Source: Vulcanimicrobiota bacterium
Lineage (GTDB): Bacteria; Vulcanimicrobiota; Xenobia; Xenobiales; JADMJV01
Direction: 5' to 3'
Length of the DNA stretch: 64,000 nt
Assembly: GCA_050250895.1 (NCBI GenBank)
Contig: JBFWNU010000010.1
Span: 1 to 64,000, forward strand
The notes below the pieces were generated by a model. The model saw only the letters and a program-made list of their open reading frames with translations, was not told where the DNA came from and ran no database searches. The position numbers were made by a program, and so were the translations under genes. This document shows positions 1-9,117 of this stretch, piece after piece. The first letter of the stretch is position 1, and each line of letters starts with the position of its first letter.

Positions 1-54
1 GAGCGAGATATATGTCGCGGGACCGCCCATTGGGCGGCCCCGTACGACAAACAT

Positions 55-603
55 GTGTTCCCTCGCTTCTCAGTGAAGGAAATTTCTCCGGAGAAGGTGG
101 GGACGAACTTCCCGGACGCTGCACTAGTCTATCGGGGAGAAGCGATTCGCCTGGTGCCGTCGAATCTTTTCTTTATGGGCGCTTGCCTTGCCGCCATCCC
201 CACCGCATCGAGCTGGGCGCGCCGGTCCAGACCGGCGCTTTCGCTGGTTCCGAAAAGGCGCGTACCCGGTGTGCCGCCCTTGAACGCGGGTCATTCAAAG
301 CCGTCCCAACCCACCTTAGGCAGGTTCCTGGTGCGGGATCCCATCGGCTACAGCGGTGGCATGAACCTGTATGCCTACTGCGCAAACAATCCGCTCAACG
401 CGGTGGACCCAAGTGGGTTGGAGGAGCTCGAACTCACGGAGGGGGCCAAGCACGTTTTCCAGAGCGGTCCGAACGCCCAGTTTTCTGGCGTGATTTTTGC
501 CTACAGAGTTACATACAATACTGATACCGGTGTGGCGAAAGTCCGAGTTTGGGTAAACAACACCAGTGACAACTACGCCCAACTCACGCCTTGCCTCACC
601 TAG
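55..603 (+). pseudogene. Orphan Rhs core/C-terminal toxin fragment 1, truncated by an IS
   Basis: PTLGRFLVRDPIGYSGGMNLYAYCANNPLNAVDPSGL (Rhs-associated core ending DPxGL) from about nt 310. The short tip ends at the IS inverted repeat (589-600). The N-terminal part is not Rhs-like. Confidence 0.8.
256..321. repeat. 66-bp direct repeat R-a copy 1, at the Rhs core boundary
   Basis: Identical to 2339-2404 (aggcgcgtacccggt...cccaccttaggc). Confidence 0.95.
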
Positions 604-2309
604 AATGTAACTCTTGCGAGGCCGTTGCCTCACGAGTAGAGTAACCCGATGGTCGGGAGGAAGTTTGGTGAGGACATCAATGAGTCGCCAGTCCAAGAGA
701 GAGCTGCTGTATCAGGTGGGACCCCGTTACCGGGAGGCGCGCGGGGACCAGAAGACCGCCATTCTGAATGAATTCGTGTTGGCGACGGGCTATGCCCGTA
801 AATACGCCATTAGACTCTTGAATAATCCGGTCTCAAACTCAACACCTTCGGCCATAAGAAGGCCCCGGGCGCGGACGTACGGCCCCGAGGTGGAAACGGC
901 GCTGGCCATTGCGTGGGCAGCCTCCAACTACATCTGTGCTAAGCGCCTGATTCCTTTCCTTCCAGATCTGGTGCGGTCTCTGGAACGCCATGGTCATCTC
1001 GATCTGAGCGATGCGCTCCGGGCTCAGTTGCTCTCGATGAGCGCCGCCACTGCGGACCGCATTCTGCGGCCCTATCGACGAGATTCTCGGCGGGGAATCT
1101 CCACTACGAAGGCGGGCAAGCTTCTCAAGAAGCAGGTCCCGGTGCGGACCTTCACTGACTGGGAAGACGAGCGGCCTGGATTCGTTGAGGCGGACCTGGT
1201 CGCCCATTGTGGGACGCGCGTGCACGGCTCCTTTGTCTGTAGCCTAGTCTTGACCGACGTTGCCACCGGCTGGACAGAGTGCCAGGCTCTTTTGTGCAAA
1301 AGCCAGTGGAATGTAATTCAGGGACTCGAGAAGACCATCGCCTCACTTCCGTTTCCGCTGCTTGGGCTGGATACCGATAACGGCAGCGAGTTCCTGAACA
1401 ATTCACTGATCGACTTCTGCGCCCGGAACGAAATCACGTTCACACGTGGTCGCGCGTACAAGAAAAACGACCAGTGTTTCGTCGAGCAGAAGAACGGCTC
1501 CGTCGTGCGGCAGCTGGTTGGTTATGATCGCTATGAAGGCTCTCAGGCAAGACGCCAACTCGCCGAGCTATACAGGGCCGTCCGCCACTACGTCAACATC
1601 TTCCAGCCTTCCATGAAGCTTCGACGCAAGAGTCGGGCCCCGGGAGGAAAGGAACAGCGCTCCTACGACCGCGCTCAAACGCCCCTGCAACGGCTGCTGG
1701 CAAGCAGCATCCTGGACCCGGAGATGATGCACCGGTTGAAGGTCGTCCGGGACGCCCTGGACCCGGTCCAGCTGCTTCGGCAGATCCAGGTTCTACAGGA
1801 CGCCCTCTGGCGGCACGCCATTCATCCTGGCACCGAAGCGACAGAAGTCGATGCTTCCCCCGGCTTCGAGCCCGCGCTCTGTTTCACGGGCCAACGACAG
1901 GAGGCGCCGTCGGACGCGCAAGTGACTCTCGCCCGCAAGCGCAGAAGCCATCGCTCGAAGAAACCCAGGAAGCCGCGGACCTGGAGGACACGTCCAGATC
2001 CATTTGAGGCCGTTAAGGACGAGCTGTATGCCTGGTTTCTTGAAGAGCCGGAACTCTCAGGAAAAATGCTGCTGACAAGACTCCAGGACCTCTTCCCCAG
2101 GCGTTACCCCGACAATCTGCTTCGAACGCTTCAACGTCGCGTTGCGGAGTGGAGGTCATCGAGCGTAGTGGAGGTCGACAGCTCAGATCCATTGACTCTC
2201 GCAGCGGAGCCTTTGAGACTGCGGGCGGTAAGGGTGGAACCGGCTAGAGAACTTGTGGGCATTTCTTGATGCTGGGAGACGCAGGGTAAGATTTTTGGGT
2301 GAGGCAAGG
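589..2309 (+). mobile_element. Insertion sequence with rve/DDE transposase (family not assigned)
   Basis: 12-bp inverted repeats CCTTGCCTCACC (589-600) and GGTGAGGCAAGG (2298-2309) flank one transposase ORF. No target duplication seen. Confidence 0.8.
680..2269 (+). CDS. DDE-type integrase/transposase
   Basis: GFVEADLVAHCG, LTDVATGW, GLDTDNGSEF, VEQKN motifs; ATG at 680 after GAGG. Confidence 0.9.
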   Translation: MSRQSKRELLYQVGPRYREARGDQKTAILNEFVLATGYARKYAIRLLNNPVSNSTPSAIRRPRARTYGPEVETALAIAWAASNYICAKRLIPFLPDLVRSLERHGHLDLSDALRAQLLSMSAATADRILRPYRRDSRRGISTTKAGKLLKKQVPVRTFTDWEDERPGFVEADLVAHCGTRVHGSFVCSLVLTDVATGWTECQALLCKSQWNVIQGLEKTIASLPFPLLGLDTDNGSEFLNNSLIDFCARNEITFTRGRAYKKNDQCFVEQKNGSVVRQLVGYDRYEGSQARRQLAELYRAVRHYVNIFQPSMKLRRKSRAPGGKEQRSYDRAQTPLQRLLASSILDPEMMHRLKVVRDALDPVQLLRQIQVLQDALWRHAIHPGTEATEVDASPGFEPALCFTGQRQEAPSDAQVTLARKRRSHRSKKPRKPRTWRTRPDPFEAVKDELYAWFLEEPELSGKMLLTRLQDLFPRRYPDNLLRTLQRRVAEWRSSSVVEVDSSDPLTLAAEPLRLRAVRVEPARELVGIS

Positions 2310-2338
2310 AGCGCCGGTACTTATAATTGTCGCACATC

Positions 2339-2404
2339 AGGCGCGTACCCGGTGTGCCGCCCTTGAACGCGGGTCATTCAAAGCCGTCCCAACCCACCTT
2401 AGGC
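2339..2404. repeat. 66-bp direct repeat R-a copy 2
   Basis: Identical to 256-321. Confidence 0.95.
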
Positions 2405-3047
2405 CGCTTTCTGGTCCGGGTCCCATCGGCTACAGCGGTGGCATGAACCTGTATGCCTACTGCGGAAATAACCCGCTGAATTGTGTGGACCCGAGTGGGC
2501 TAGATGGCCCTTTCTGGGATTGGGAATCGACATCATCCGTTAGGAGCATCGACCACAGCCTGACGACGGAACAGGTCCTGACCAGACGTGGCTTCGGCCA
2601 AGAGGCTATTCGTTACATCCGGAATGGTCTAGTCTTCTGGAGCGGTTTGACCCATCTATCGATCACGTTCTATTGGATGAGTTCAGCCGGCATCTCTACC
2701 GAAATGATACTTTGGAGGTCGACGGTAAAACACCGACAGCTGTGATTTGGGGGAACAGGGTTTTTAGTATATGGTATGTTGAATTGAATGAGAGCCGCGT
2801 CTCGACGTGGTTTGCGAAGACGGATCGCGAAATACTCTACGCGGCAGCTATGGCAAACGAGTTCTATCACGCGAACAGCTTCAAACAAAGCCTTGGAAAG
2901 AGCTTGGGGACAGAGGAGGGGTCCGATGTCTACATGCGTCGCATTTTGGAATCCTGGAAGAATTCGCTACCCCCAAATGATTCTAGGCTCCAAGGGATCG
3001 AGTACATGATTGAGACTGGCCGACGCCCCTCGGAGTTCTTTCGATAG
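2393..3047 (+). pseudogene. Orphan Rhs core + C-terminal toxin 2, frameshifted twice
   Basis: PIGYSGGMNLYAYCGNNPLNCVDPSGL. One base is missing versus copy 1 near 2420. The tip continues in the 2673..3047 frame after a shift near 2636 and has ANEFYH (HExxH-like). Confidence 0.7.
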
Positions 3048-3049
3048 AG

Positions 3050-3540
3050 ATGAGGTTCTCGCAAGTGAACAGGGCCGGCGGTCTTGTCCTTCTTATTCTC
3101 ATCCTAGCCTATGGCTGTAGGGAACGGGCCATCGACCCTTCGACAATACCCCATCGGCCGCTCAACTACATCGATTCCGAGTGGACGGATTTGCTCTGAA
3201 TGCGCCGAGACAGGAGGTTCTTAGGACTCGAGGTATTGAAGATGACGGCGGCGATCATTTCCTTGTCGGAAACACGACGCTAGAATTCACGAACAATCAG
3301 CTGTCCTCAATTTCAGGCTCTAGCCTGTGGAGCGAGTCTCGAACGCTGCTTGCCTATGGAGATTCCCAAGAGAAGGTGATTGCCAGCTTGGGTCCACCAT
3401 ACAAATTTACCGAGGAAGCGGATGGTGCGACCATCTTTTATCGATTCGGTTCAGAGGACAGCGGAGTCCTTTTGACGTTAATCTTTACGGTAGGCAAAGA
3501 ACTGTCTCGCGTGAGCCTCGAATCGAGTCCAAACTGGTAA
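3050..3540 (+). pseudogene. Putative immunity lipoprotein, frameshifted
   Basis: ATG 3050 lies 2 nt after the toxin stop. Hydrophobic stretch with lipobox LAYGC, then continues in the 3181..3540 frame (SQEKVIASLGPP). Confidence 0.55.
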
Positions 3541-3974
3541 GATGGCTTACATCCTTTATCGACTGAACTGCCCCTGTGGCTGTCAACCCCCGAGGGCCTG
3601 AAACAGCGCCGCGGGCCGTGAGCAAAAGACTCCGAGCTAGAAGGGCTGGTCTCGCTTACACGCGCTCGGGCGAAGTTGTCACACCCTGTCGGGCCGATGA
3701 TAATTGCGCAAGAAGCGGGGGCGGTGTAAACGTCGAAGTAAAGTGAGCTGTCGGCTTAGCCAAGATTCGAGTCGGTGGCCTGAAGCCTCCGAGTCAGGGC
3801 TGAACTCTTTTGAGTTCTTTAATAAGCTTGAGAGGATCGCCCGTGCCGGAAATGCAACCAGCATTGAGATGAGAGGCGTAAACATGGCGGGTGAAGACTG
3901 GGAAAAGTATTGAGGATAATGATGAAGCGAAAAGGGGGAACAGCCACGGTTGTGGATGGAACCACGATACTGAG

Positions 3975-4490
3975 ATGGTCCGTCCCCTGATGACCCCAGG
4001 CCATCGCGCCAAGCGATTAAAGTCATTGAGGGGATTTACGGACGCGAAATCAGTGCTCGCCTCATCCGTGCAGAGTCGGGTGGGCGAGTATATCATAGGG
4101 ACCTATCAGAACGCGGCCACTGAGGGTCCCCGAACGTTGATCGTAACGAGTCAAGCACTTCACGCTGACAACGGTGAGGAAATCTGTCGGTTTGCGGCAA
4201 TCCAAGATGTCGATTTACCAGACGGCGACGACTGGAAAACGGAAATGGCTGTCCCCTTAAGCATTAGGACCCAGCACGGGACCAAGCAGTTGTGGCTAGA
4301 CCCTCAAGCGGCTAGTGCCTTCTACACATTCTTGCTTTACACCAAGGATGACGTTGCCAGAACCGTCTCTATTCGTTTGAGCATCGAAACAATCAACGAT
4401 TTAGAGACGAGGCGGCCTAAAGGTGTATCGAGATCTCAACTGATCGAGGAGTGGCTTCGGGAACGCTTGAATGGTGGCGAGGCCGAGTAA
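3975..4490 (+). CDS. Hypothetical protein with C-terminal ribbon-helix-helix-like segment
   Basis: C-terminus RTVSIRLSIETINDLE...VSRSQLIEEWLRERL; start uncertain (3891 or 3975). Confidence 0.5.
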   Translation: MVRPLMTPGHRAKRLKSLRGFTDAKSVLASSVQSRVGEYIIGTYQNAATEGPRTLIVTSQALHADNGEEICRFAAIQDVDLPDGDDWKTEMAVPLSIRTQHGTKQLWLDPQAASAFYTFLLYTKDDVARTVSIRLSIETINDLETRRPKGVSRSQLIEEWLRERLNGGEAE

Positions 4491-4499
4491 AATTTCTCA

Positions 4500-4645
4500 A
4501 ACGCGCTCTGAGGCGCCGTCGCGCCCTTCGACCGAAGGGCGCTCGACACCGCCGCGGGACGTGAACAAGGACGAGTGACGGTGAAGGGGTGGGCGTGGCT
4601 GAAAGGCGCTCGGGCGCAGTTCTCAGACCACGTCGAACCTGATAG
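4500..4645. repeat. Repeat R-b copy 1, left part (split by the IS110-family element, resumes 6200-6210)
   Basis: Near-identical to 10921-11067. Confidence 0.9.
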
Positions 4646-4749
4646 TTAAGATGGGTGGACCACCCATGTCCAAAACGCGGGTTACCAGCGAGGCAGAGCC
4701 GCACCAGTAGCCAAAGCTACTGCAGCAAAAAAAGAAGGATGGTCCACCC

Positions 4750-5862
4750 ATGAATATCGATACCACAAAACTTCGGAACGTAATCTACGTCGGGCTCGAC
4801 GTCCACAAGGAATCCATCAGCCTGGCCGCAGTTGAGGGCAAATCCGTCGTCGCTGAGAGGCGATTCGGTACCCGGGACCTGGCCAAGTTGCACAAATTTC
4901 TACAGAAGCTTGCCAGTAAAGGTCTCGTCCGTTGCTGTTACGAGGCGTCAGGTGCAGGCTATGCATTGCGGCGTCAAATTCTGAACTGGGGTTTCGAATG
5001 CGAGATCGCCGCATCCTCATTGATTCCGACGAAGCCGGGAGAACGCAAGAAATGCGACCGTCTCGATGCTCAAAAGCTGGCGCAGTACTTTCAGGCGAAT
5101 CTCCTGACGCTAATTCATATACCAACTCAGGAGCAGGAAGCCGCTCGCGATCTGGTTCGCCTTCGTCGCGCTCTTCGAAAAGACGTAACCAGATGGAAGC
5201 ATCGAGTCGTCAAGTTCCTGGCCACGAAGGGCGTTGCGTATCACAATGGCGATAACTGGACAGGCATATTTCGAACTTGGCTGACGAAGATCCAACTTCA
5301 GCAAAGACTCGACCAACTCACGCTTGCGCACAAACTTGACGTTCTCTCCGTTGCCGAGGCCAAGCTCAAAGAGATCGATCGGGAGATCGAAACCCTAAGT
5401 CGAACCGAGCCTTATCAGAAGCCGGTACAACTGCTTCGAGGTTTCAAAGGCGTCGACACGCACACAGCGATGGTCATTGTGACTGAAATCGCCGACATTC
5501 GACGCTTTTCGTCGCCTCGGAAACTGATGGACTACACCGGCCTGACCCCGGCCGTCCACCAGAGCGGAAAGCCAGATAACAACAAGGCAAGTTCGATAAC
5601 GAAGGCTGGCAATTCAAATCTGAGACACGTTCTCATCCAGGCAGCCTGGCAATACGCCAAATCCCCCAAGCGCTCTCGGGATCTGTTAAAGCGAAAGGAA
5701 GAACTACCGGCCTGGCTCGTGCAGCACTCGAACAAGGCCCAAAGAAGGCTGTATAAGCGGTTTCATCATCTCGCAGCCAACCGAGACCGAAAGCAGGCCG
5801 TGGTTGGCACCGCACGGGAGCTGATCGGCTTCTTGGGGGCCGTTCTGGCCGAAATTGCGTAG
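4750..5862 (+). CDS. IS110-family DEDD recombinase/transposase
   Basis: YVGLDVHK, CYEASG, KCDRLDA (RuvC-like DEDD); C-terminal GLTP..HQSG and ITKAGN. Confidence 0.95.
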   Translation: MNIDTTKLRNVIYVGLDVHKESISLAAVEGKSVVAERRFGTRDLAKLHKFLQKLASKGLVRCCYEASGAGYALRRQILNWGFECEIAASSLIPTKPGERKKCDRLDAQKLAQYFQANLLTLIHIPTQEQEAARDLVRLRRALRKDVTRWKHRVVKFLATKGVAYHNGDNWTGIFRTWLTKIQLQQRLDQLTLAHKLDVLSVAEAKLKEIDREIETLSRTEPYQKPVQLLRGFKGVDTHTAMVIVTEIADIRRFSSPRKLMDYTGLTPAVHQSGKPDNNKASSITKAGNSNLRHVLIQAAWQYAKSPKRSRDLLKRKEELPAWLVQHSNKAQRRLYKRFHHLAANRDRKQAVVGTARELIGFLGAVLAEIA

Positions 5863-5980
5863 GTGAGCGTATCGCCCCCCGTCCCCCCCGGGGGGGCTGC
5901 GGCAAGCAAGATGAGCAGCGGGCCAGTGATGCTTGCTGCAGCCAAATCATCAAACAAAGGAGAGTTCGAATCGGGAGGTA

Positions 5981-6143
5981 CTTCCCGGCCAGGCACGTCA
6001 GGAAACACTCGGCAGTTCTATGAGGCAGCTGTGGCTGATCCTCGATTTGATAGTTTGAGTGCCATCCGCGACGGATCCTTATCATGCAGTTCCGACCTGC
6101 GAATATCAGAATGATTCAACGTCGAAGCAGCCTGGCCGGGAAG
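5981..6143 (+). ncRNA. Predicted bridge/seek RNA of the IS1111-type element
   Basis: Perfect 14-bp closing stem (5981-5994/6130-6143) encloses two internal loops whose strands match the target and the donor junction. Confidence 0.8.
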
Positions 6144-6656
6144 GACGCCCACTTTTCAAAGATCAGTTCAAAAAACTGGACAGGGTCCACCCATATCAGA
6201 ACTGCGCGCGAGACGTGAGCGGTAATGGTGGGCCCAAGACTCGACTGACGCCGAGACTTGGGCCTTCAACGTGAGCGCCTCCCCAGCCCGGTGGCCACAG
6301 AGTGGCCAGGCCGGCGGTGGACCTGGTGGCTTGCGACGACCGCGCTTCGCGCGGCCCTCGCAGGTGGCCTGGGGCCGGCGGCTCAGTGGGGCTGCCCCGG
6401 TGGCCAACAGTGAAGGCGCAGCCCCCATCGCCGCCGGCCGCAAACTCGTGGCCAGCCAGATCGCCGCAAACCCCAACCAAATAGGCCTCTGCACTCTTGT
6501 CTGACAGTGTGGTCGGCCGGACAGTATCGACCCCCCGTCCCCCCGTTCCCGGGGGCCACGGCCGGCAGAAACAAGGGCGGCTCTGGTCAGGGAGGTTTCT
6601 GCCGGCCTCAAAGTGGACCAGCTCGACCCGGGCGCATCCGTTCCCACCGCGCTTCT

Positions 6657-6806
6657 ATCGTGTTCAACGTGGTGCGAGAGGCGCGGCCGCCGCCCGGTGC
6701 AGTCCCGCCGACCTCAACCCTCCCTCGCAGTCACGGCTACCTCTCGCGGCGTCGGCTATCGCGCCTTAAGGTTAAGGCCGTGCCGGCGCCCCGCCTACGT
6801 TCCAGT
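6657..6806. repeat. Repeat R-c copy 1 (~140 bp)
   Basis: Near-identical to 8558-8697; lies just downstream of the RelE-type gene. Confidence 0.9.
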
Positions 6807-6826
6807 CAGGGTTGATGAACTTGCGT

Positions 6827-7088
6827 TCACCGGTATGTGTCCTTGCCCCGCGGTATAACCCTGAGCACGAGCAGAGTTCCCTTCTCAGGCTCCTGAGTGT
6901 AGATGACGCGCCATTCGCCGACCCGAAGCCGCCACCTCACCCGGTCGTGTCTCAAGCTTGCGGATGTCGACCGAGGAATCGCCTTCCGCCAGCCGCTTAA
7001 GGGTCTTGTAGACGCGTTCGGCGACGCTGCGTTCAGCTTTCTTCAGGTCTTTGGTAGCCCGGGAGGTGAATTCAAGTTTCCAGCTCAA
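6827..7088 (-). pseudogene. RelE/ParE-family toxin, frameshifted
   Basis: MSWKLEFTSRATKDLKK...DIRKLETRPGE, then with one extra G near 6937 removed WRLRVGEWRVIY...LVLRVIPRGKDTYR*. Confidence 0.85.
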
Positions 7089-7345
7089 AAGTTGAGCTCC
7101 CGCTCAAGCTCCTCTAAGCTTAAGATGTTGCCGCGCCGGACATCCTCCAGTGCTTCCTCGATGGCGGCTTCCTCCTCGGCGGTCAACGGTTCGTCATCGA
7201 AGGGAGCGGCCTCATGTAGGGCTGCCACCCGGTCGTATCCCCGATCGCGCAGATACTCGAGATAGCGCTGGGCTGGCAGCATTTCGCTTTCGGGGAGTTC
7301 ATCAACCAATTGGTGAAGGGTCAACTTCCTAGCTGCGTCGGCCAT
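7085..7345 (-). CDS. Putative antitoxin paired with the RelE-type toxin
   Basis: Small acidic protein (DDEPLTAEEEAAIEEALEDVRRGNILSLEELEREL); stop overlaps the toxin start. Confidence 0.8.
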   Translation of the reverse strand: MADAARKLTLHQLVDELPESEMLPAQRYLEYLRDRGYDRVAALHEAAPFDDEPLTAEEEAAIEEALEDVRRGNILSLEELERELNF

Positions 7346-7697
7346 CACACACGCCCCAAAGCTTCTTCCATCCTCCGCTTAGTGAGGAAGGCATCGACCA
7401 CCCGCGTAATCGCGCTCTGGTCTTCTTCGGGAAGAGCCTGAACGAGTTCGAACTGGGTAGCAGTCGATCGTCGTGAAGAATCTCGCCGGCCGAGCGGCGG
7501 CTGTCAATCTCGGTGAGATCACCGACGCTGACTTCGAAGGTCTTGGCGATCCGTTCCAGCATCGAAAGCGATGGCCGGTTTTTGTCGGTCTCCCATCGCG
7601 AAATGTGGCGATGATGCACTCCGACCTTGTCGGCAAATTGGCTCTGGGTCCATTCTCGAGCCCGTCTAAGCTTGGCGATTCTCTTGCCTAGTGACAT
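7345..7697 (-). pseudogene. XRE-family HTH regulator, frameshifted
   Basis: MSLGKRIAKLRRAREWTQSQFADKVGVHHRHISRWE with AGGAG RBS. The C-terminus QFELVQALPEEDQSAITRVVDAFL is in another frame after ~7456. Confidence 0.85.
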
Positions 7698-7863
7698 GTA
7701 GACAACTCCTCGCGCCCATTCTAGCAACTTTCGACAAAGAATCCAACGTTGTCTAACGACAATGACAACATTTTTATTCACGAATTACAGCAGAAATGTT
7801 GTTTAAGTCAACCAGTAGACGATCGATGATTTGTTGTGAAGTTTTTTTCTAAAGAGCCTGGTC
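7698..7863. promoter_or_regulatory. AT-rich divergent promoter region with candidate XRE operator
   Basis: GTAGACAAC (7698-7706) and GTTGTCTAA (7748-7756) form an imperfect inverted pair. Confidence 0.35.
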
Positions 7864-8154
7864 ATGACTGAAGCGATCCATCCCTGGCGGCAGCTAGCCC
7901 AACGATTCCCCTGCCTCCGGCGCTTCATCGCCGGGGGCCGCCTGCCCAAGCAGCCTGAGCCCCGCGACCTGATGGAACTCTGTGGGCTCAGCCCCACCGA
8001 AGACACCATCGTGCGCTTTCTCTTGCACGTCTGGAACCGCTACGAGAACCCCTTCGCCCTCGACGACCTGCTCGGCTGGGACGACCAGCACCGCAAGGCT
8101 TTCACCGACTGGTTCAGCGGTCGGGCCACCGGCCAGCCCGGCCAATACTTCTAG
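7864..8154 (+). CDS. Hypothetical protein
   Basis: 96-aa ORF divergent from XRE, directly upstream of the primase fragment. Confidence 0.6.
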   Translation: MTEAIHPWRQLAQRFPCLRRFIAGGRLPKQPEPRDLMELCGLSPTEDTIVRFLLHVWNRYENPFALDDLLGWDDQHRKAFTDWFSGRATGQPGQYF

Positions 8155-8165
8155 GAGACCCCGAA

Positions 8166-8560
8166 TGAACGACTTTGACCGCACCGATCTTGAGGCCCTC
8201 AAAGCCAGCGTCGACCTGGCCGAGCTGATGCGCTCGCACGGCATCGAGCTGCGCCAGGTGGCAAGAACCTGACGGCCACCTGCCCCTGGCACGAAGACAA
8301 AGAGGCCTCGTTGGTGGTGAATCCCAAGAAGCAGCTCTTCCACTGCTTCGGCTGCAAGACCAAAGGCGACGCTCTCACCTTTCTGCAGCTACGCGAGAAC
8401 CTGTCTTTCCCACATGCCCTGACCCGCCTGCGCGAACTTGCCGGCAAGGCACCACTGCCCGCCAGGCCGACCCCCACCACCTTGAAAGACCCGGACCGGT
8501 TCGAGGGCGGCCTTACCCGGCCCCAGCTGCTTGAGCGGGTCACCGCCTTCTACCAGAATC
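8166..8560 (+). pseudogene. CHC2 zinc-finger DNA primase N-terminus, frameshifted and truncated
   Basis: MNDFDRTDLEALKASVDLAEL..., shift near 8260, CPWHEDKEASLVVNPKKQLFHCFGC...GDALTF; cut by repeat R-c. Confidence 0.85.
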
Positions 8561-8697
8561 GTGTTCAAGAGGCGCGGCCGCCGCCCGGTGCAGTCCCGCC
8601 GACCTCAACCCTCCCTCGCAGTCACGGCCACCTCTCGCGGCGCCGGCTATCGCGTCTTAAGGTTAAGGCCGAGCCGGCGCCCCGCCTACGTTTCAGT
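8558..8697. repeat. Repeat R-c copy 2
   Basis: Near-identical to 6657-6806; just downstream of the PIN gene. Confidence 0.9.
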
Positions 8698-8717
8698 TCT
8701 CAGGGCACTTGGCTGGA

Positions 8718-9117
8718 CTACCAGAGCCAGTCAACCTGCGGAGAAGACTGCAGAGCAGAGTCTCGAGTGAGCACCGTCGCCCCCAAACGCTTGGCCTGGA
8801 TAGCAATTAGCCGATCATGCATCTCGGGGATTTCGGAAAAGGTCGGGAGATGCTGGATGTCGTTCACCGTCAGCGACTCCACGCAATAAGCCAGTGAGAG
8901 TTCGATCGTCTCGATGAACTTCGGGAAAAGATCGGATTGCCCGTGCTTCGCCAACACATAGAACAGCTCGGCCAGCACCACTACCGAGATGCTTAAGGTA
9001 GCCTCGCCCCGTTGCACCTCCGCGAAAGCCTCAGCAGCTCGGGCAGAGAGTCGTGGTGAACCCGACAAAATACCAATACAGAGCGTGCGTGTCCGCCGCG
9101 TAAAGCCTGGAACTCAC
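8718..9117 (-). pseudogene. PIN-domain (VapC-like) toxin, frameshifted
   Basis: GTG 9117 gives MSSRLYAADTHALYWY; extra T near 9067; then LSGSPRLS...VLAE...MHDRLIAIQA...VLTRD. Confidence 0.85.

Larger units (their letters stand above)
4646..6199 (+). mobile_element. IS110-family element, IS1111 type
   Basis: Ends defined by the empty site at 11061-11078. AG core on both sides (4644-4645, 6198-6199). Subterminal IRs ATGGGTGGACC (4651-4661) and GGTCCACCCAT (6184-6194). Long 3' non-coding region. Confidence 0.93.

Noticed and set aside
256-2404. 66-bp repeat as IS target-site duplication
   Set aside because: The copies are not adjacent to the IS ends (267 bp left of one end, 29 bp right of the other).
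3704-3913. 69-aa ORF as another toxin-tip remnant
   Set aside because: No recognisable motif or reliable start.
7345-8560. Prophage
   Set aside because: Only XRE and a primase fragment; no structural, terminase or integrase genes.
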